Source: Candidatus Saccharimonadota bacterium
GTDB taxonomy: Archaea > Nanohalarchaeota > Nanosalinia > Nanosalinales > Nanosalinaceae
Direction of reading: 5' to 3'
Assembly (NCBI RefSeq): GCF_047555085.1
Contig: NZ_CP180230.1
Coordinates: forward strand, 60,001 to 92,000
Length of the DNA: 32,000 nucleotides
Positions within the stretch are counted from its first letter, which is position 1; every line of letters starts with the position of its first letter. The position numbers were made by a program, and so were the translations under genes. The notes under the pieces were generated by a model. It did no database searches. It was not told the DNA's origin and saw only the letters and a list, made by a program, of their open reading frames with translations. Positions 24,947 to 30,368 of the stretch are shown here, piece by piece.

Positions 24947-27211
24947 ATGGCGGATTTCGGTGGAGTTGATGGCTCGGCTTTTGATGAGGCCTATGAAATC
25001 CTGAGTCAGGAAAATCAGGAGACTATAGAGGCCTATCGTCATAATTCGCCTACACATGAACAGATTAACCATATTGAAGAAGTGCTGAATATTCTACGTT
25101 CTCTTAGAGGAGACATCAGTCAGGGCCTTGAAGATCAGTCTAGAGAGATGGATGATGCTATAAGCAATCTTGAACAGGTGACAGGCCTTGATCGAGAGGA
25201 AGATGATCTTGCCCATCAGCTTGAATCACAGTGGGAGGATTTTGAGAGAAAAGTCACGGAGGAGTTTGAAAGAGCACAGGCCCAGAAAACTTCACGTACT
25301 CAGAAGATGCGGGAAGGTATTGGGTCACGATTTTCGGGAGTTTTCGGCGATGATGAAGAGGATGATTCCAATTCAGCGGAGGATTCCGGAAGAGCACAAT
25401 CCATAGTATATTATCCTGATCAACTGGAGGCCCAGTTAGCTACTATGGAACAGAAGTTCCTGAATCCTCTTTTACGTAACGAGGAGCAGAAAACAGAGCA
25501 GGAGCAGGCCCTGAAAAATCTTACACAGGTACTGGAGACTTCAGTTGAACTCCATCAACAGGCTAACAAGTACAAAATGATTCTTCTGAAGGCCAAAAAC
25601 GATGTACAACTACAGGAGCAGCTTGCAGAACAGTCCCATATTGACTGGTTCAATCAGGAAGTTATGGAGGCAGGTTCTCAGGAACAACGGCTTGAGAGAC
25701 AGGTAGAAGAAGTTATGAACGCTGAAAAAGCGTTAGTCGATAGATTTGAAGAGGCCTCTAATTTGATTCAGGAGATACTGAATATCGATCAGGATATAAT
25801 GGATACTATCTCGGCAAATTCCGGTGAGAAAAAAGGCCGTGCACAGAAAGCTATAGGATCCTTGACTTCCGGAGAAAATACCGTAGTAGATATGCTAGAG
25901 TTCATTAACAGTGTACACTCTGAGAACGATTATTCGATTGTTGCTCAGAGGATAAATGACGGTATCAGACCTAAAATAGCACAGATTCAGAGAATGGAGG
26001 ATACGGATATACGTCGGGAGCAGAAGCTCGCTGAAGAAGTCGAGGACTACGTTGCAGAGCACAGAAGACTTTTCGAGCAGCAGCAAAATGAAATTGAACA
26101 GGAGGAAAGAAATCTTACACCGGAAGGCCCTGTAGATGATGCTAGGAACGGTGCACCGCCAGGGACGCGTGAGTTTATACAGAAGATAGAGGAGTTGAGG
26201 GATCTCATGAATCAGGGTATTCTTGAGGATCTAAGAAATGCTGAACAGAATTACAGAAGAGTGTACAGGATTGATCAGGACGAAGTCGAGAACGTAAAAG
26301 ATTTCGAAGGCAGAGCTCAGAAGCTTTCAGATGATCTTGGGAGGATAGAAGAGGATTTCAGGGATAAAACTCCGTTTGAAAACGCGTATCAGGCCCAGGA
26401 TGGCTCAAAGCGCCTGAAGATGGAGATGGAGAAGCTGATGAACGGAGAGGATCCTTTCAGTGCAGGCCTCAGGCCTGTAGCTAATCTTATTGAACAGCTT
26501 CAGGCAGATCTACAGAAAATATATTCTGATGAAAGTGAGGAAAGAAATCACTTCCAGTCTGCACATGAGTCTCTTCAGCAGGAAGTTGTAAGGATTCGAG
26601 AGGTTATCGCCGCAGTAGATGAACTTGAATCAATGGTTGAAGAGTTCCGGGATCCAGATCATCCACGCAACAGTGTGAACGGAGAATCACATCCATACAG
26701 AGCATACCACGATGCCTTCCTGGCGGCCAGCAGAACATTGTTCGATGGAAATGATAGGGAGGTCCAGCAGCGTTTACACAATTTGATCGGTAGTATTGTA
26801 GAATGGATAAACAATCTTGAACAGGAAATAGAAAGGCTAGATGGAGTAATGAGCGAGGTAATCAATGAAGAGGATATCGAGATAAATGCCTTCAAGAATG
26901 AAATCGAAGTCCTGCAGAGAATGCTTGAGATGCTTGAGGAAACATTCCAGGGAGATATTAACGAGCCTATACCCAGTCCTGTAAGCCAGAAAATTGATCA
27001 AATAGACAAGGCCTTGAGAAAGATAGAGGAGAAACTGGAAGATCTGGAGTCAAGAAAAGAAGGAGAGGAAACAGAGTTCGAAAACGAGGAAGATTTCTTT
27101 GGTGATCTGGGCGACGACATGGATACTGCTTCAGATGAGGCAAATACTGTATTCGAGGAGGATGAATCAATGTTCGACGAAGAATTTGACGACGATTTCG
27201 GAGAATTCTAG
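24947..27211 (+). CDS. Soluble hyper-acidic coiled-coil protein (754 aa), unknown function
   Basis: No TM or signal peptide. E/D/Q/L-rich heptad-like sequence runs throughout. The N-terminus is MADFGGVDG and the C-terminus is EDFFGDLGDDMD...FDEEFDDDFGEF. Confidence 0.8.
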   Translation: MADFGGVDGSAFDEAYEILSQENQETIEAYRHNSPTHEQINHIEEVLNILRSLRGDISQGLEDQSREMDDAISNLEQVTGLDREEDDLAHQLESQWEDFERKVTEEFERAQAQKTSRTQKMREGIGSRFSGVFGDDEEDDSNSAEDSGRAQSIVYYPDQLEAQLATMEQKFLNPLLRNEEQKTEQEQALKNLTQVLETSVELHQQANKYKMILLKAKNDVQLQEQLAEQSHIDWFNQEVMEAGSQEQRLERQVEEVMNAEKALVDRFEEASNLIQEILNIDQDIMDTISANSGEKKGRAQKAIGSLTSGENTVVDMLEFINSVHSENDYSIVAQRINDGIRPKIAQIQRMEDTDIRREQKLAEEVEDYVAEHRRLFEQQQNEIEQEERNLTPEGPVDDARNGAPPGTREFIQKIEELRDLMNQGILEDLRNAEQNYRRVYRIDQDEVENVKDFEGRAQKLSDDLGRIEEDFRDKTPFENAYQAQDGSKRLKMEMEKLMNGEDPFSAGLRPVANLIEQLQADLQKIYSDESEERNHFQSAHESLQQEVVRIREVIAAVDELESMVEEFRDPDHPRNSVNGESHPYRAYHDAFLAASRTLFDGNDREVQQRLHNLIGSIVEWINNLEQEIERLDGVMSEVINEEDIEINAFKNEIEVLQRMLEMLEETFQGDINEPIPSPVSQKIDQIDKALRKIEEKLEDLESRKEGEETEFENEEDFFGDLGDDMDTASDEANTVFEEDESMFDEEFDDDFGEF

Positions 27212-27311
27212 TTCCTGTATACAGGCCTCAATACTTTCCGTTTCGATTAAAGCTACGTTCTTTACGCAGTATAGCCATTCAGAGGCCTCTAGTTGCTTTC
27301 TATTACTGGTT

Positions 27312-27323
27312 TAATTATTTAAA
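27312..27323 (+). promoter_or_regulatory. Putative TATA-box promoter element (TAATTATTTAAA) for the small-membrane-protein operon
   Basis: This 12-mer is identical to the one at 24913-24924 and lies 41 nt upstream of the ATG at 27364. It is followed by aggagg and agaggt, which could act as SD-like sites. Confidence 0.45.
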
Positions 27324-27363
27324 GGAGGAAAGGCAAATTCTAGGTATAAAGAGGTAATAAAGA

Positions 27364-27507
27364 ATGGCGACAATGCAAACTGTGATGACTCAGGTCATGA
27401 ATAATCCGACTGTATTTATTGCAGGCCTGGCGATTGGATATATTGGAGCTAAACTCCAGAGAAAGCTCGGCCGTAACAGCGGCGGCTTTGGCGGAGGTGG
27501 CTTCTGA
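27364..27507 (+). CDS. Mini membrane protein (47 aa) that is not in the supplied ORF track
   Basis: My translation is MATMQTVMTQVMNNPTVFIAGLAIGYIGAKLQRKLGRNSGGFGGGGF. It has one hydrophobic helix and a basic patch followed by a Gly/Phe tail. Its TGA at 27505-27507 overlaps the ATG at 27507 of the next gene (tgATG-type coupling). Confidence 0.5.
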   Translation: MATMQTVMTQVMNNPTVFIAGLAIGYIGAKLQRKLGRNSGGFGGGGF

Positions 27508-27767
27508 TGGCAGATAAGAAATTCCACAGATATCTATACGATATCGAAAACTGGATTGACGAAGTTGTCATCGCAGTTCTTTCATTCGGAGCGATCTTTG
27601 TCGCAACGTATGTAATGTTCATAGCACCTGGCCAGATCAGTTTCCTGGATCTAGGGAACACTCTTGAGCCATGGATCACGATGCTCGCACTGATGATAAT
27701 CGGAAGAGAGCTTTGGCTGATCAAGAATGCGATGTACCAGAAATGGGACATCGAAGAAGGTGAATAA
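27507..27767 (+). CDS. Small two-TM membrane protein (86 aa)
   Basis: Hydrophobic segments VVIAVLSFGAIFVATYVMFIA and WITMLALMIIGRELWLI. The gene is translationally coupled to its upstream neighbour and lies 4 nt from its downstream neighbour. Confidence 0.65.
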   Translation: MADKKFHRYLYDIENWIDEVVIAVLSFGAIFVATYVMFIAPGQISFLDLGNTLEPWITMLALMIIGRELWLIKNAMYQKWDIEEGE

Positions 27768-27771
27768 CTGA

Positions 27772-28392
27772 ATGGTGCAGTCATTTGGAGGCCTAATGGA
27801 GACACTTACAGGGATAGACTTCTTTACAGGCCTTCTTCCATTCGTTATTACTTATACTGTATTTTTCTTCATACTGAGATATCTAGCTTCAGAAGTACTT
27901 TTCGATGGCTGGGATGACAACAAGCCAGATCAGTTCGCAGCTATTCTATCGATAGCGTTTGCCTTCTTCACGGCTAACTTCATACTGAATCAGCCGTGGG
28001 CAGCAGCATTCTTCTCACAGTACCTGGGAAGACTTACAGTGATCATAGTAGGCCTCTTAGGATTACTGGCCTTGCTAGGATTCGTCGGAATAGATCTTGA
28101 CAGCAGCAAGACCGGTGTAGGATGGGTGATGGCGTTACTTGTCATTGCAGCCTTTGCAGTATCCGGTGGAGTCAGTTCAATCCTGCCGGTGTCAAGCAGG
28201 AATGCTGCTATAGCATACCTGTCCAATGGCCTCACATACATGATTGACTCAGGCCTGATCTTCCTAGTACTGATCGCAGGACTGCTCTATTACACAATGA
28301 GAGATCCAAGCAGTGGCAGCAGCGAAAGAATGCAGTGGTTCACACCTTTCGGAGGAGTTCAGAAAGGTGGCGACGATGAAGATGGGGGGTAG
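27772..28392 (+). CDS. Polytopic membrane protein (206 aa), paralogue of the next gene
   Basis: About 5 TM segments. It aligns by eye with the 162-aa protein (GIDFFTGLLPFVITYTVFF vs MGFRLFLPWLLVLAITYGLL; LSIAFAFFTANFILNQ vs IALAMAFFTILGVNQ; IIVGLLGLLALLGFVGIDL vs FGLFGLLGLMILIAVTGYDM). It ends in an acidic Gly tail (GGDDEDGG). Confidence 0.75.
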   Translation: MVQSFGGLMETLTGIDFFTGLLPFVITYTVFFFILRYLASEVLFDGWDDNKPDQFAAILSIAFAFFTANFILNQPWAAAFFSQYLGRLTVIIVGLLGLLALLGFVGIDLDSSKTGVGWVMALLVIAAFAVSGGVSSILPVSSRNAAIAYLSNGLTYMIDSGLIFLVLIAGLLYYTMRDPSSGSSERMQWFTPFGGVQKGGDDEDGG

Positions 28393-28404
28393 GTGATTCA
28401 TTAG

Positions 28405-28893
28405 ATGGGAGCCTTTGAGATAATAATCCAGACAATGACAGAGATGGGCTTCCGTCTATTCCTACCTTGGCTTCTTGTCCTAGCTATAACCTACGGTCTT
28501 CTGGAACAGTACGAGATAATAAGCAGTGAGACACAGGTAAACGGCTCCATCGCTCTGGCGATGGCTTTCTTCACGATTCTTGGAGTTAACCAGTACGCTC
28601 CAGCAGGCATATTCACTAACTTTGCGGCTGCGATGGCTTTCGGCCTCTTTGGGCTTCTGGGATTGATGATTCTTATCGCTGTAACAGGCTATGATATGTC
28701 GCAGTTTGCAGAGAAAGGTACGCCACGCTACTTTGCATATACTATCTTCATAGTATCATTCATCACGATCGTAGTAACATATGTGGATATAGGGACAGTA
28801 GTAGGAGAGGGCATGAACGCCTTCAATGATGTAATCCTGCCAATACTGATCCTGATCTTCTTCATACTGCTTGTAAGAGAAACCACAAAGTAG
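28405..28893 (+). CDS. Polytopic membrane protein (162 aa), paralogue of the previous gene
   Basis: About 5 hydrophobic segments. See the alignment words listed for 27772..28392. Confidence 0.75.
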   Translation: MGAFEIIIQTMTEMGFRLFLPWLLVLAITYGLLEQYEIISSETQVNGSIALAMAFFTILGVNQYAPAGIFTNFAAAMAFGLFGLLGLMILIAVTGYDMSQFAEKGTPRYFAYTIFIVSFITIVVTYVDIGTVVGEGMNAFNDVILPILILIFFILLVRETTK

Positions 28894-28981
28894 AGGCCTT
28901 ATTTTCTAGGCATATCAGTAGTATTGAAAGAAGCAGTCAAGTTTAGAAAAAAGAGAGATATAAAGAAAAGAGGCCGTTTTT

Positions 28982-29830
28982 CTATTCCGACCTGAATGCA
29001 TCCATGTCGATATCATCGACTTCCTGATTCGACACGGAGCTATCTGTTTCAATACCCTGTTCTCTTTTTATCTCCTGTACAAGGCCTGTCAGGTCACGGA
29101 TGTTGTCTACAAGGGATGGAAGAATCTGCTGGAAGGCCTTCTCCAGGCCTCCGATCCGTGATTCATAGGAATCAATATGGTCTTCAACTTCGTCCATCTT
29201 CTGTACGAATTCTTTCTGATCTTCATCGTCTCTTACTTCCAGATCATGTACACGACTGTCAAGTTCTTCCAGTTTCTCCTCTATCATATCGAGTTCAGAG
29301 TACACGTTCTGGAACTCTGTCTCCACTTTCTGGAAGTTCTCTGCAATTATTGTTTCGATAAGCTCCTCGATCTGAGGGTCTACTGTATTTTCACCGGTCT
29401 GTAGCTGTGGCTGATTCTGCTGATTCCCGCTACTTTGCTGTGTCTGTTGCTGCATCTGCTGGTTCTGCCCTTGGTTCTGATTTTGGTCTTCCTGGTTGTA
29501 GCCTTCGTCCATAGGACTTACAGCCTCGTCGTCTCCTTGGTATGGGCTCATTGGTTCTGGTCCTCCGCTGTTTGAATCTCCGGTTGCCGAAGAGGTCACC
29601 ACGTTGTTGATTGCTCTGTTGATGTCATCCGATGAGTACTGTCCCTGCAGCTCGTTTCTGATCTGATCTTCATCGTATCCCTGCTTGAACATTCCCTTTA
29701 CAGTTCTCTTCAGGTTTCCGCCTCCAACTTGGCTGATACTTTGCTGCTGTTGGGACTGAGAACTAGAGTTGCCGGACTGACTGTTGCTGTCATCATCGTC
29801 TTTTAATCGTCCGAAAAGCTTGAAATCCAT
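28982..29830 (-). CDS. Q/N-rich low-complexity protein (282 aa) with a C-terminal acidic coiled coil
   Basis: The N-terminus is MDFKLFGRLKDDDDSNSQSGNSSSQSQQQQS. A short helical module follows (KQGYDEDQIRNELQGQYSSDDINRAINNV). The Q/N tract reads QEDQNQNQGQNQQMQQQTQQSSGNQQNQPQLQ. The coiled coil reads ELDMIEEKLEELDSRVHDLEV...IGGLEKAFQQILPSLVDNIRDL. Confidence 0.75.
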   Translation of the reverse strand: MDFKLFGRLKDDDDSNSQSGNSSSQSQQQQSISQVGGGNLKRTVKGMFKQGYDEDQIRNELQGQYSSDDINRAINNVVTSSATGDSNSGGPEPMSPYQGDDEAVSPMDEGYNQEDQNQNQGQNQQMQQQTQQSSGNQQNQPQLQTGENTVDPQIEELIETIIAENFQKVETEFQNVYSELDMIEEKLEELDSRVHDLEVRDDEDQKEFVQKMDEVEDHIDSYESRIGGLEKAFQQILPSLVDNIRDLTGLVQEIKREQGIETDSSVSNQEVDDIDMDAFRSE

Positions 29831-29872
29831 GGTTTAACCTCTTAGTACTTGAAAATCAATTTGTGATTGCTC

Positions 29873-30325
29873 CTATTTAACTTCACTGTCTGTATCGGCG
29901 TTTTCACGCTTCTGCTCTCTCAGTTTCTTCTCCACAAGTGACTCAACTTCGTCCTTTGAAACGTAGTCTTCCTCGATCATCTCCCGCACCTCTTTCTCAG
30001 TCATGAAAGATGAATTTATAGGGTTCATGAGGTTCATGTAGTTCTCTATCTCATCCAGTTCCTGAGAAGTCACGAACTTTCTTTTCTCCCTGTTAATGTT
30101 CTTTATATCAACTTCAAGGTTTGCCACACGATCGCTTAACTCATTGACGTCATTTTCCAGCTCCTGTATATCCTCGCTGTTGGACTCCGTCTTGTTCATA
30201 ATGGTGTCATCAAGAGTATTAACTCTCGCAGAGAGGTTCCTGATCTTCTCTTCCAGGTCTCGGACTCTTCGATTGAAGTCGTTAACCCGGTCAACTACCT
30301 GGTTTATGATATTCTGCTGTGGCAT
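29873..30325 (-). CDS. Small coiled-coil protein (150 aa), possibly FlaC/ArlC-like
   Basis: Heptad-rich sequence (VRDLEEKIRNLSARVNTLDD, IQELENDVNELSDRVANLEVDIKNI) is followed by ENYMNLMNPINSSF. This loosely recalls the coiled coil plus YE..s..NPF ending of the archaeal FlaC domain. The gene is divergent from the ATPase gene (43-nt spacer) and upstream of the Q/N-rich gene. Confidence 0.7.
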   Translation of the reverse strand: MPQQNIINQVVDRVNDFNRRVRDLEEKIRNLSARVNTLDDTIMNKTESNSEDIQELENDVNELSDRVANLEVDIKNINREKRKFVTSQELDEIENYMNLMNPINSSFMTEKEVREMIEEDYVSKDEVESLVEKKLREQKRENADTDSEVK

Positions 30326-30368
30326 CCCTACCTAACCTTTTACCAATGCTCAAATAACAATGTTAGGT

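Noticed and set aside
26464-26476. Adjacent pair AGGCCTCAGGCCT as a special tandem site
   Set aside because: At a density of about one copy per 280 bp across 115 copies, a single close pair is not surprising. It encodes AGLRP inside the 754-aa gene, and no similar tandem was seen elsewhere.
18670-28893. Integrated virus or plasmid as the explanation for the block of unknown genes
   Set aside because: No integrase, att-like direct repeats, tRNA target, capsid, portal, terminase or replication genes are visible. The AGGCCT density and acidic composition match the flanking housekeeping genes. This cannot be fully excluded without profile searches.
28982-29830. ESCRT-III/Snf7-like identity suggested by the N-terminal MDFKLFGRLK (compare CHMP2 MDLLFGRRK)
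   Set aside because: The similarity is limited to about 9 residues. The remainder is Q/N low complexity plus an acidic coiled coil, without the basic helical hairpin core typical of ESCRT-III.
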